Origin: an uncultured Candidatus Saccharibacteria bacterium
GTDB taxonomy: Bacteria > Patescibacteriota > Saccharimonadia > Saccharimonadales > Saccharimonadaceae
Length of the DNA stretch: 58,326 nt
Reading direction: 5' to 3'
Assembly: GCA_963539345.1 (NCBI GenBank)
Contig: CAUTLS010000001.1
Span: 1 to 58,326 of the forward strand
The notes beneath the pieces were generated by a model, which was given only the letters and a program-made list of their open reading frames with translations, was not told the origin of the DNA and searched no databases. Positions 49,821 through 58,326 of the stretch are shown in pieces. Both the position numbers and the translations under genes were made by a program. Positions within the stretch are counted from its first letter, which is position 1. Each line of letters starts with the position of its first letter.

Positions 49821-50636
49821 TTATAGCACAATTTTCAATAAAGCGAGGCGCGTATTGCCATTTGCTAGGAGAGACTTCTCTGCTTCTAGTACTTTTTTGA
49901 GTAATTGATGCATGGTTGGCGGCTGGGCAGCATGTTTTAGCTGGAAATGGATGAAGCGCAGGAGAATGTCGATGAGCTGGAGGGCACTTGCTCGGTCGGT
50001 GTAGCGCAGGGCGCATTTCAGGGACGCGTAGGAGCTGGGATGTTCCAAAATGTGCTTGGCGTCAGCGGCGATGGCCTGGCGCTCTGCTAGTTTTTTGGCG
50101 TCATGACTCAGTTCGGTGATGAGTAGCGGCAATCCAGCGGCGAGAAATGCTATTTGGCGCTTTTCTTGGGGTGTCAGGGCGGTCTTTTCCAGTAGCTGAG
50201 CGTCTTGGCTGGCGGTGGTGCGGTGGAGCGTCAGCTGCTGGCAGCGGGACTGGATGGTTGGGAGGAGGTCTGTGCTGGCAGTGGTGATCAAGAGAAAATG
50301 AGTATTGAGATTTGGCTCTTCCAGGGTTTTTAATAGCGCGTTTTGTGCGGACTCGGTCATGGCGTTGGCTGGGTTGATGATGACGACGCGGCGGACAGAG
50401 CTGTAAGTGCGCAGTATGGCTGTCAGGTCGCGAATTTGTTCAGTTGAGATAGTGTTCTTTTGCGGCAGTGGGTTGACGGTGAGGATGTCTGATTGATGGT
50501 GTTTTGCCAAATAGCGGGCGACCCCCGCCCCGTCCAAGCCAGGTTCAGCGATAACCATCAGCGACTGTGGCAAATGGTTTGCTAATTGCTCAACTGTGGC
50601 CTGGTCGTTGGTGGAGATGAGGGGTGCTTGGCTCAT
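49821..50636 (-). CDS. holB: DNA polymerase III delta' subunit
   Basis: AQNALLKTLEEP, LLPTIQSRC; degenerate P-loop. Confidence 0.88.
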   Translation of the reverse strand: MSQAPLISTNDQATVEQLANHLPQSLMVIAEPGLDGAGVARYLAKHHQSDILTVNPLPQKNTISTEQIRDLTAILRTYSSVRRVVIINPANAMTESAQNALLKTLEEPNLNTHFLLITTASTDLLPTIQSRCQQLTLHRTTASQDAQLLEKTALTPQEKRQIAFLAAGLPLLITELSHDAKKLAERQAIAADAKHILEHPSSYASLKCALRYTDRASALQLIDILLRFIHFQLKHAAQPPTMHQLLKKVLEAEKSLLANGNTRLALLKIVL

Positions 50637-51805
50637 TTACTGCTCGGTTCTTTCGTATCTTGAGTATAATCAGGAAATAGTTCAGTCAATGCGCTAGGGA
50701 TGGCTGCCTCAAACGTCTTTCGCTCACCAGATGGCAATGTAATTTCTAATTTGTGGGCATGGAGCATCAGACGGCTGGCGTTTGGCTTGCCGTAGACGCG
50801 GTCGCCGAGAATTGGCGTGTTTAGGTGCGCCATATGGACGCGGAGTTGGTGGGTGCGGCCAGTGGTAGGGTTAAGCTCAATCAGTGCCTGGGCGTCAGTC
50901 GCCGCCAACACGCGGTAGGTTGTCTGGGCGGGCTTGCCGTTCGGGTCAATGCGGAAGGTGCTGGGCGCGGACGGGTTGCGACCAATCGGCAGGTCGATTT
51001 TTGCGGCGGCTAGTTTCGGCACGCCGTCGGTCACTGCGAGGTAGGTCTTTTTGGCGGTACGCTGGGCGAATTGCTTTTGTAGATGGGCGGCAGCGTCAGG
51101 ATTTTTAGCGATAATCAGTATGCCCGAAGTGTCGCGGTCGAGTCGATGGACGATGCCTGGCCGGTCGGTGCCCGAGGCAAACGAAGTTTTGGGGCGAATA
51201 ATTTCCGCCACCGTCGGCTCGGTCGATAGTCCACCTTTGGCGTGTGTCAGCAGGCCGCTCGGCTTATTGACCACCATCACGTCATCGTCTTCGTATAGAA
51301 CCGGCAGCTCTGCACTGGTCTGCTTCTGCTCTGGCAGCTTGACGGCGATCTCGTCAGTCTCGTCGATCTCAAATTTCGGCGCCGTCACTACGCGCTGGTT
51401 GACCGACACATAGCCGGCTTTGATGTACTTTTGCCAGAGGCTGCGCGAAATTAACGGGTCAAAGTCCGTGGATAAGTGGACGTCTAGGCGCTGCTTGGTA
51501 GGCACGATTCGAAACATCATGACGAATTTGCCCTGAAACGGTGTCTCGGTGAAATTCGGGTCAAGCGGGTTTGGCAACATCTCAGCGTTGGCTGGCCTAC
51601 CAGGCCACAGTTCGTCAATTGATTCCTCGTCGACAATTGAGCCGTAGAGCACAGCGAAATGCTGCTTGTTTAGGATAAATTCCGCCATGATGTGCGATTC
51701 GTCCGTCTGGACCTTCAGATGGCGCAAGGCCTTGACGGGCGTGTTGTCGTCTGCCAGCTGGTACAATCTGGCGATCTTGAGGATGGTGCGCGGTGAAATT
51801 TTCAC
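50633..51805 (-). CDS. RluA/RluD pseudouridine synthase with extra N-terminal domain
   Basis: S4 domain, NKPSG, HRLDRDTSG, GRTHQLRVH; GTG start. Confidence 0.92.
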   Translation of the reverse strand: MKISPRTILKIARLYQLADDNTPVKALRHLKVQTDESHIMAEFILNKQHFAVLYGSIVDEESIDELWPGRPANAEMLPNPLDPNFTETPFQGKFVMMFRIVPTKQRLDVHLSTDFDPLISRSLWQKYIKAGYVSVNQRVVTAPKFEIDETDEIAVKLPEQKQTSAELPVLYEDDDVMVVNKPSGLLTHAKGGLSTEPTVAEIIRPKTSFASGTDRPGIVHRLDRDTSGILIIAKNPDAAAHLQKQFAQRTAKKTYLAVTDGVPKLAAAKIDLPIGRNPSAPSTFRIDPNGKPAQTTYRVLAATDAQALIELNPTTGRTHQLRVHMAHLNTPILGDRVYGKPNASRLMLHAHKLEITLPSGERKTFEAAIPSALTELFPDYTQDTKEPSSK

Positions 51806-51815
51806 GCGAGCGTTC

Positions 51816-52862
51816 CTATCTCCGTAGCCCCACGGCCGTTTGGACGCGGTGCAAGGTTTCATTGGCGACGACGTTCATGTCGCGCTCGCTCGACTCCAGT
51901 TTGCGTTCGATGGCCTGCTCGTCAACTGCCGCCAGACGTGCCTGGAAATTCGCTAAGAATTCGGCCACTTCATCAGCCACGATTCGCTTGAAATCGCCGT
52001 AGCGCTCCATGCCGGCGTATTCGCTAATGGTCTGCTCCAAGCTGACGTCTCGTCCGGCGTCCTGACGTACCAGCGTCAAAATCTCCAGCAAGTTGGAAAT
52101 GCCGGGTTGGTTTTCCCTGTCGTATTGCACCTTGCCTAGCGAATCGGTGGTGGCGCTCATGATTTTTTTGTGCGCTATCTGCGGCTCGTCGCCAAGGAAA
52201 ATGACACCCTTGCCGCTGTCGTCTGATTTGCTCATTTTTTTGGTCGGGTTCGCCAGGTCTTTGATACGTAGGCCCTGGTCGTTGCCGAAGAATTGATGCT
52301 GCTGGGCGACTGGCTTGGGTACGACGAACAGATCGCCAAATTTGCGGTTCATCCGCTCGGCAATGTCGCGGGTAAATTCTAGGTGCTGCGTCTGGTCATC
52401 GCCAACTGGCACGTAGGTGGCGCCGTAGAGCAAGATATCGGCGGCCATCAGGACTGGGTAGTTGAAGAGACCGACGGAAATCTGGTCGCCGTGAAGCTTG
52501 TCAGATTTATCCTTAAACTGCGTCATCCGGCTCATCTCGCCAAACCCGGTGAAGCAATCCAAGATCCACGCCAGTTCGCTGTGGGCTGGGACGCGGCTTT
52601 GGCGATACAAATGAATCGCCTGGTTGTCTAGCGGCAGTCCCGCGGCCGTGTAAATCCGGGCATTGCTGAGGATACTGTCATACAATTTACTATGGTCGAT
52701 TGGCGTAGTAAAACTGTGCAGATCGGGGATGAACAAATTGATATCAAAATCAGCCGAGCGGCGCTTCGCCATATCGACAATCGGCAAAATGGCACCAAAA
52801 TAATTGCCAATGTGAATATCGTTGTTGGCGCGCACGCCAGTGAGGATGACGGGTTTACTCAT
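51816..52862 (-). CDS. trpS: Tryptophanyl-tRNA synthetase
   Basis: HIGN, YPVLMAADIL, VPVGDDQ, KMSKS. Confidence 0.97.
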   Translation of the reverse strand: MSKPVILTGVRANNDIHIGNYFGAILPIVDMAKRRSADFDINLFIPDLHSFTTPIDHSKLYDSILSNARIYTAAGLPLDNQAIHLYRQSRVPAHSELAWILDCFTGFGEMSRMTQFKDKSDKLHGDQISVGLFNYPVLMAADILLYGATYVPVGDDQTQHLEFTRDIAERMNRKFGDLFVVPKPVAQQHQFFGNDQGLRIKDLANPTKKMSKSDDSGKGVIFLGDEPQIAHKKIMSATTDSLGKVQYDRENQPGISNLLEILTLVRQDAGRDVSLEQTISEYAGMERYGDFKRIVADEVAEFLANFQARLAAVDEQAIERKLESSERDMNVVANETLHRVQTAVGLRR

Positions 52863-52869
52863 AGTCCTA

Positions 52870-53832
52870 TTATACCATTGATTCGGCGAGAGGTGTTTTA
52901 CGAAATGCCGCAACAAAAAACGCCTCAGTTAGCCTGCCTGGCATCAGGCGTAAACAGCCGCCCAGGTCATGCGTAAGAGCGCGGCCATTCCACGACTGGA
53001 TGACGGGCACACGACGTGGCAGCGGTGCGATGTCGATCGGTATGAGCTCAGCGTCAGACTGACGGCGCAGCAGCCAATCGACAACGACTTCGTTTTCCTC
53101 TGGTGCCATGGTGCAGGTGCTGTAAACAAGCGTGCCGCCAGGTTTTAACAGTCGCCAAGCCTCGAGGATGAGGCGCTTTTGTAGGTCACTCAGTCTCCGG
53201 ATATGCGCCACCGACCAGCTGTCAAACAACGAGGCGTCACTGGCGTTCAGGCTCATCAGCCCTTCGCCAGAACACGGAGCGTCGAGGAGGATTTTGTCAA
53301 ATACCTCCAGCTGACGGCGGGAAATATACCGAGCGTCGGCTAGCATGAACTCGGCTGGGGCGTTGAGCCGCTTGAGATTAGCCTGGAGTTTCATGAGGCG
53401 CGGCTTGGAATTGTCATTGCACACCAGGTCGGCTTGACCGCCGGCGATGACCTGCATGTGGCTGGATTTACCGCCGGGCGCAGCGCACAGGTCGAGGACG
53501 CGTTCACCTGCCTCAGGTTGGAGCGCCAGGACCGGCAGCCAACTGGCGGCATTTTGGATGTAGCCGCGTCCGCTGTCAGTCAGCTGCTGATAATCAGCGA
53601 TGCGCTCCGGGATAATCTCATAGCCATCCGGACACCAGACAACCTGGCGGCTCAGCAATTCGGGGGCAACTTCCCCATCGACCAGCGGATTGAGGCGAAA
53701 ACTCTGGGTGCGGGTTTGTGCTAGTTTCGCCTCGACCTCGGCGCGAGGTAGACCACTCCACTGCATCGTGCGATTAATCCAAAGCTCACGTTTTCTCTGA
53801 CGTTCCTGGGCTGGATCTTTATGCTTGGCCAT
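52870..53832 (-). CDS. RsmB/RsmF (NOL1/NOP2/Sun) RNA m5C methyltransferase
   Basis: DLCAAPGGKS, DAPCSGEG, YSTCT, EENE. Confidence 0.93.
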   Translation of the reverse strand: MAKHKDPAQERQRKRELWINRTMQWSGLPRAEVEAKLAQTRTQSFRLNPLVDGEVAPELLSRQVVWCPDGYEIIPERIADYQQLTDSGRGYIQNAASWLPVLALQPEAGERVLDLCAAPGGKSSHMQVIAGGQADLVCNDNSKPRLMKLQANLKRLNAPAEFMLADARYISRRQLEVFDKILLDAPCSGEGLMSLNASDASLFDSWSVAHIRRLSDLQKRLILEAWRLLKPGGTLVYSTCTMAPEENEVVVDWLLRRQSDAELIPIDIAPLPRRVPVIQSWNGRALTHDLGGCLRLMPGRLTEAFFVAAFRKTPLAESMV

Positions 53833-54640
53833 AGTCGTCTCCGATGGCGTGCCGATTGATCGCTTGGGCAACAACTTGGCCGTAGCGTTTGTCGATCTCA
53901 TGACTTGCTAACATTTTAGTGACGGCGATGTGCTTCTGTTTTGCTAATTTTCGCAGGTTTTTATTGATGATGACTGGGTCAAATTGGCCGTAAAATATCT
54001 CAACTGGCATCGTCAATTCGGCAATTTCCGTCAGCGCCTTTTGGTTGATGATGGCTGCGTCTAAGGTGTCGAGAAAGATTTGCAAGTTTGACTCATCGAC
54101 GAGAAAGCCAGGGTTGAATAGCTTGTATTTTCTGGCAAAATCACTGGCAATCACCTTGCCGAGTGCTGGTTTATCGATAATTTTTTGGTATAGACTGCGC
54201 AGTTGGCGCTCAGCTAAACGATCCTTGCCCTGTTGGTGATACAGCGGCGGGCTACACAGGATAAGCGAATCGATCAGTGAAGGATAATATCGGGCGGTGT
54301 GTACCGCTACGAGTGCCCCTAAACTATGACCGACCAAAATGATTCGTCCGTCAACCTTTTGCTGCGCCAAGGTTGCGACTAGTGAATCGACCTGTGTCTT
54401 AACATCATACGTCTTCCAGTGCGGTCGCGGCGAATTGCCAAAACCGAGTAAATCGACCGCTAGTACGCGAGTCGATCTATCAATCTTACGGCGCCCTACA
54501 ACTCGCTTCCACATGGCTGACGAGCTCCCGATGCCATGAATCAACACGACGGTGGCGCGAGGCTGTTTGGGTGTTTGAAAATCATGCACGTATAGTTTAT
54601 ACGGGACACGCAGCCAGCGATGGATTAATCGATCAAACAT
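53819..54640 (-). CDS. Alpha/beta hydrolase
   Basis: IHGIG, DLLGFG, GHSLG. Confidence 0.9.
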   Translation of the reverse strand: MFDRLIHRWLRVPYKLYVHDFQTPKQPRATVVLIHGIGSSSAMWKRVVGRRKIDRSTRVLAVDLLGFGNSPRPHWKTYDVKTQVDSLVATLAQQKVDGRIILVGHSLGALVAVHTARYYPSLIDSLILCSPPLYHQQGKDRLAERQLRSLYQKIIDKPALGKVIASDFARKYKLFNPGFLVDESNLQIFLDTLDAAIINQKALTEIAELTMPVEIFYGQFDPVIINKNLRKLAKQKHIAVTKMLASHEIDKRYGQVVAQAINRHAIGDDYGQA

Positions 54641-54656
54641 TGTATTAGTATACTAT

Positions 54657-54691
54657 GAAAATACCCCGCCTGTACATGACGGAGTATTTTC
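54657..54691 (-). terminator. Terminator of the alpha/rplM-rpsI operon
   Basis: GAAAATACCCCG/CGGAGTATTTTC. Confidence 0.7.
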
Positions 54692-54713
54692 GAGAATCGG
54701 TTTCTCCTCTGTT

Positions 54714-55112
54714 TTAACGCTTGGAGAATTGTTCGCGCTTGCGGGCGGAACGCAGACCATATTTCTTGCGCTCTTTCTCGCGTGGGTCGCGCTTGAGCAG
54801 CTCAGCCTTCTTCAGGACTGGACGCAAGTCAGCGTGAGCAGCCGTCAATGCTTTAGCGATGCCAAGCTTGATGGCGTCAACTTGACCAGCAAGACCACCA
54901 CCTTTGACCAAGATGGTAACATCGTATTCCTTTTGCTTGCTGACGACAGCTAGTGGATCAGTTACTTCGGCGAGCAAGGTTTTGTTGCCATCCAAGTACT
55001 CAGCGGCTGCTTTGCCGTTGATGGTGATGGTACCCTTGCCAGGAAGCAAGCGAACACTTGCTGAAGCGCTTTTGCGTCGTCCCAAGCCGTAGAAATAGGT
55101 ATCAGTAGCCAT
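54714..55112 (-). CDS. rpsI: 30S ribosomal protein S9
   Basis: GRRK, GGGLAGQ, ERKKYGL, QFSKR. Confidence 0.98.
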   Translation of the reverse strand: MATDTYFYGLGRRKSASASVRLLPGKGTITINGKAAAEYLDGNKTLLAEVTDPLAVVSKQKEYDVTILVKGGGLAGQVDAIKLGIAKALTAAHADLRPVLKKAELLKRDPREKERKKYGLRSARKREQFSKR

Positions 55113-55113
55113 A

Positions 55114-55545
55114 TTACTTTACCTCAACTTTCTCTGGGGTTTGTGCTGTGTGAGCATGCTCGCTGCCAGCAAATACGCGCAGGCGCTTGAGGCGTTCTGC
55201 TTGCAATTTGTTCTTTGGCAACATACCTTTGACAGCTTCTTCAATAATTCGCTCTGGGTGGCGTTCACGCATTTCTTTGAACTGCGTTTCTTTGATGCCG
55301 CCTGGGAAACCACTGTGACGGTAGTAGTACTTGTCAGTTTCCTTGTAGCCAGTAACGACGGTGTTTGCAGCGTTGATAACCACGACGTAGTCACCACCAT
55401 CAACGTGCGGTGTGTAGGTTGGCTTGTATTTACCAGTCAAGTGCTTGGCGATTTCAGTTGCTAGACGTCCGAGTGGTAGCTCGCTCGCGTCAAACAATAC
55501 CCAGCGGCGAGAAACGTCAGATGGTTTTTGTGAATAAGTCTTCAT
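55114..55545 (-). CDS. rplM: 50S ribosomal protein L13
   Basis: LGRLA, YTPHVDGGD, GMLPKN. Confidence 0.97.
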   Translation of the reverse strand: MKTYSQKPSDVSRRWVLFDASELPLGRLATEIAKHLTGKYKPTYTPHVDGGDYVVVINAANTVVTGYKETDKYYYRHSGFPGGIKETQFKEMRERHPERIIEEAVKGMLPKNKLQAERLKRLRVFAGSEHAHTAQTPEKVEVK

Positions 55546-55546
55546 C

Positions 55547-55933
55547 TTATTTCTCCTTCTTTGGCATTGGTTTGATGTCGTCGACAAACTCGATGATTGC
55601 CATTTGCGCGCCGTCGCCAACACGTAGGCGGGTGCGCTCAACGCGAACGTGTCCGCTGGTGCGGCCGCCGAGTTGTGGGGCGATTTCATCAACCAGTTTG
55701 TAAGCAGCAGCGCGGGTGCTGAGTGCTGCGATCACCTGGCGGCGGCTGGCTAGATCGCCCTTCTTCGCCTTGGTGATGATTTTTTCAATGTGGCGCTTCA
55801 GCTCTTTGGCTTTCGGCAAGGTGGTCTCGATTTTGCCGTGCTCGACCAGGCTGGTTGCCAGACCCTTGAGCAAGGCTCGCCGTTGATCACGCTCACGGCC
55901 GAACTTGCGCCCTTGATATCCGTGTCTATGCAT
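55547..55933 (-). CDS. rplQ: 50S ribosomal protein L17
   Basis: IETTLPKAKE, RVGDGA. Confidence 0.97.
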   Translation of the reverse strand: MHRHGYQGRKFGRERDQRRALLKGLATSLVEHGKIETTLPKAKELKRHIEKIITKAKKGDLASRRQVIAALSTRAAAYKLVDEIAPQLGGRTSGHVRVERTRLRVGDGAQMAIIEFVDDIKPMPKKEK

Positions 55934-55935
55934 AG

Positions 55936-56856
55936 TTAAAACTCCAACTCCGCCATCTTGTCGCGTACTTCATCCAGCGCCTTTGAACCAAAGCCTTTCA
56001 ATTCTCGCAAATCTTGCTCGGTCAAAGTCACCAGGTCGCGAATCGTGCGGATTTCATTGTTAATCAGCGCGTTCGTCGTGCGGGCGCTTAGGTTTAATTC
56101 TTCGATGGATGTATCCAATTCAGCTTCACTGTCTTCAGTGGCTGTGCCAAGTGCAGGTGCACTCACGACAGTGGTGCTACCAGCCAAGGCTGTGTATTGG
56201 TTGACCAAGATAGCTGCAGCCTCTTCAAACGCCTCACGTGGAGTCATGGTGCCGTCAGTTTCAATAGTCATGGTCAATTTGTCCAGGTCAGTTTCGTCAC
56301 CAACACGAGTTGGATCAACCTTGTAACGCACGCGCAACACTGGAGTAAAGACTGCGTCCAGAGCGATCATATCTGAGTGTAGACGTGATTCGCTGGAGTC
56401 TTCAATTGTCTGGTAACCGCGACCAGCTTCTGCCACCAAGTCCATGATGACCGTTTTCTTTGGATCATCGATGGTAGCGATGACGTGGTCTGGGTTAACA
56501 ACCTCTACTTCTCCGTTTGCTTGGATGTCGCCAGCAGTGATGACACCACCAGTTTTTTCCAATCGCAACTCGACCGGCTCATCAGTGTGAACGCGGAGTC
56601 GCACACCCTTCAGGTTCAGCATGATGTCGACAACATCTTCTTTGATGCCCTCAACGGTGGTGAACTCGTGTGTCGCACCTTCGATGCGAAAGGCAACGAT
56701 TGCGCCACCGCGGATGCTGGAGAGCAAGACGCGGCGCATTGAGTTACCCAATGTGTTGCCGTAGCCTGAGTGGAGCGGCTCAATCAGAAAGGTTGCACTG
56801 GTGTCAGAAACATCTTCGATGCTTGCCAGAGCTGGATTATAAATTGCTTTTGCCAT
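55936..56856 (-). CDS. rpoA: RNA polymerase alpha subunit
   Basis: EPLHSGYGNTLGNSMRRVLLSS, LNLSAR, GFGSKAL. Confidence 0.98.
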   Translation of the reverse strand: MAKAIYNPALASIEDVSDTSATFLIEPLHSGYGNTLGNSMRRVLLSSIRGGAIVAFRIEGATHEFTTVEGIKEDVVDIMLNLKGVRLRVHTDEPVELRLEKTGGVITAGDIQANGEVEVVNPDHVIATIDDPKKTVIMDLVAEAGRGYQTIEDSSESRLHSDMIALDAVFTPVLRVRYKVDPTRVGDETDLDKLTMTIETDGTMTPREAFEEAAAILVNQYTALAGSTTVVSAPALGTATEDSEAELDTSIEELNLSARTTNALINNEIRTIRDLVTLTEQDLRELKGFGSKALDEVRDKMAELEF

Positions 56857-56876
56857 ACTTTTCCCTAACCCTTCTT

Positions 56877-57497
56877 TTATCGTGAGTAAAACTCAACAAT
56901 TAATTGCTCGTTGATGTCAGCTTCTGCTTCTTCACGCTTTGGCTGTCCAGTGATCTCAATTTTCAATTTCTTGACATCACTCTTCATCCAGCTGAGCGGA
57001 CCTTGAATTGAGTTGCTGACAACGTCGTCGATGTGCGTAAAGTATACCGACTTGGTACTCTTTGGACGTACTTCGATGACATCACCTGCTTTAACGCGAA
57101 TTGATGGAATATCAACACGGCGACCGTTCAGTAGGAAGTGACCGTGTCCGACCAGCTGGCGAGCAGCGCGGCGGCTGGTTGCAAAACCAGCACGGTACAC
57201 AACGTTGTCCAGGCGGCGTTCCAACAGCTTCAACAGGTTTTCACCTGCCAAACCTTCTTGGGCGCGTGTCGCCTCGTCCATTAGCCGAGCAAATTGCTTT
57301 TCAACCAAACCGTACAAGCGGCGAACCTTTTGCTTTTCGCGCAGCTGTGTGGCGTACAAACTTGGTTTGCTGTGTCGGCTGTGTGCGTGCTGACCTGGGA
57401 TGCCAGATTTTCGTGCCAAAACTTTATGTGCTTTTGGATGAAGCGCATAACCTTCGCGGCGGCTTTGCTTGACAATCGGTGAATTATCTCGTGCCAT
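56877..57497 (-). CDS. rpsD: 30S ribosomal protein S4
   Basis: LREKQK, LERRLDNVVYR, IVEFYSR. Confidence 0.98.
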   Translation of the reverse strand: MARDNSPIVKQSRREGYALHPKAHKVLARKSGIPGQHAHSRHSKPSLYATQLREKQKVRRLYGLVEKQFARLMDEATRAQEGLAGENLLKLLERRLDNVVYRAGFATSRRAARQLVGHGHFLLNGRRVDIPSIRVKAGDVIEVRPKSTKSVYFTHIDDVVSNSIQGPLSWMKSDVKKLKIEITGQPKREEAEADINEQLIVEFYSR

Positions 57498-57499
57498 AA

Positions 57500-57889
57500 T
57501 TATGCCCTCCGTGCCTTTCGTGGACGAACACCGCCGTGAGGCACGCCAGTTACGTCCTTAATGCTTTCTACTGAGATGTCGAACGCGCCAACCGCACGAA
57601 TAGCGGCATCACGGCCCAGGCCGACACCTTTGACGAAAACGTCAACTGATTTCAAACCATACTGAGTTTTCGCAGCTTCAGCAGCTTTTTCAGCAGCAAC
57701 CTGTGAAGCATAGGCGGTGCCTTTTTTGCTACCACGGAAACCACATGCACCAGCTGATGAAGCGGTCAACACGTTACCCTTCTTGTCTGAGAAGGTAACA
57801 ATGGTGTTGTTAAATGTTGCTTGAATATGCAGCTGACCAGCTGGGACTGATCGGCGCTGCTTTTTCTTGGTAGATTTTGCGTCTGCCAT
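57500..57889 (-). CDS. rpsK: 30S ribosomal protein S11
   Basis: ATFNNT, DVTGVPHGG. Confidence 0.98.
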   Translation of the reverse strand: MADAKSTKKKQRRSVPAGQLHIQATFNNTIVTFSDKKGNVLTASSAGACGFRGSKKGTAYASQVAAEKAAEAAKTQYGLKSVDVFVKGVGLGRDAAIRAVGAFDISVESIKDVTGVPHGGVRPRKARRA

Positions 57890-57904
57890 TTCTTAGTCCT
57901 TTCT

Positions 57905-58291
57905 TTAGGTCTTACTTGCTGCTTTTGGTTGTGTACCGCCCACGGCGATGGCGCGACCCTTGCGAGTTCGTGCATTCGTACGAGTCCGCTGTCCGCGTGT
58001 TGGCAGTCCTGCTTTGTGGCGAAGACCGCGATAGGCGTTGATATCCTTCAAGCGCTTAATATTATTTGCCACCAAGCGCTGGAGATCACCTTCAACGGTG
58101 TATTCGCTGTCAATAATTTCGCGAATCTTGTTTTCTTCAGCCTCGGTGAGATCTTTCACCCGAGTGGTCGGCTCAATCTTAGCCGCCGCAAGGATGCTCG
58201 AAGCGTGCTTTGGCCCAATCCCATAAATATAGGTGAGCGCGATTTGCACTTGCTTCTCTGTGGGGATAACTACCCCAGCAATTCGAGCCAT
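57905..58291 (-). CDS. rpsM: 30S ribosomal protein S13
   Basis: [26 protein letters not shown]. Confidence 0.98.
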   Translation of the reverse strand: MARIAGVVIPTEKQVQIALTYIYGIGPKHASSILAAAKIEPTTRVKDLTEAEENKIREIIDSEYTVEGDLQRLVANNIKRLKDINAYRGLRHKAGLPTRGQRTRTNARTRKGRAIAVGGTQPKAASKT

Positions 58292-58293
58292 GC

Positions 58294-58326
58294 TTAACCC
58301 TGCCTTTGCTTATTCTTAGGTTTTTT
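58294..58326 (-). CDS. rpmJ: 50S ribosomal protein L36, 3' fragment
   Basis: [10 protein letters not shown] immediately upstream of rpsM. Confidence 0.85.
   Translation of the reverse strand, partial: KKPKNKQRQG

Overview
A 58.3-kb core-chromosome segment, most likely from an oral-type Candidatus Saccharibacteria (TM7/Patescibacteria) genome. This assignment is inferred from gene style, conserved hypothetical proteins and compact organisation. The backbone is housekeeping: topA, dprA, pth, der, recR-ybaB, dnaB-dnaX, holB, trpS, eno, a dispersed tRNA-rpmG-secE-nusG-rplK-rplA-rplJL cluster, and the alpha operon running into rplM-rpsI, plus five tRNAs. I found no CRISPR array, integrase or transposase. 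Main points of interest: (1) a Fur/Zur regulator divergent from a plant/fungal-like nicotianamine synthase operon, with two COG0523 metallochaperones and a DUF475/TerC membrane protein nearby, forming a candidate metallophore system in an epibiont; (2) a ~320-nt structured transcription unit with no substantial ORF, a perfect sigma70 promoter and its own terminator; (3) a high-GC, actinobacterial-looking sortase-anchored surface protein inserted between rplA and rplJ, possibly acquired from a host; (4) repeated loss of Zn-finger motifs in housekeeping proteins; (5) widespread leaderless promoter architecture. All assignments come from reading motifs by eye; no database searches were run.
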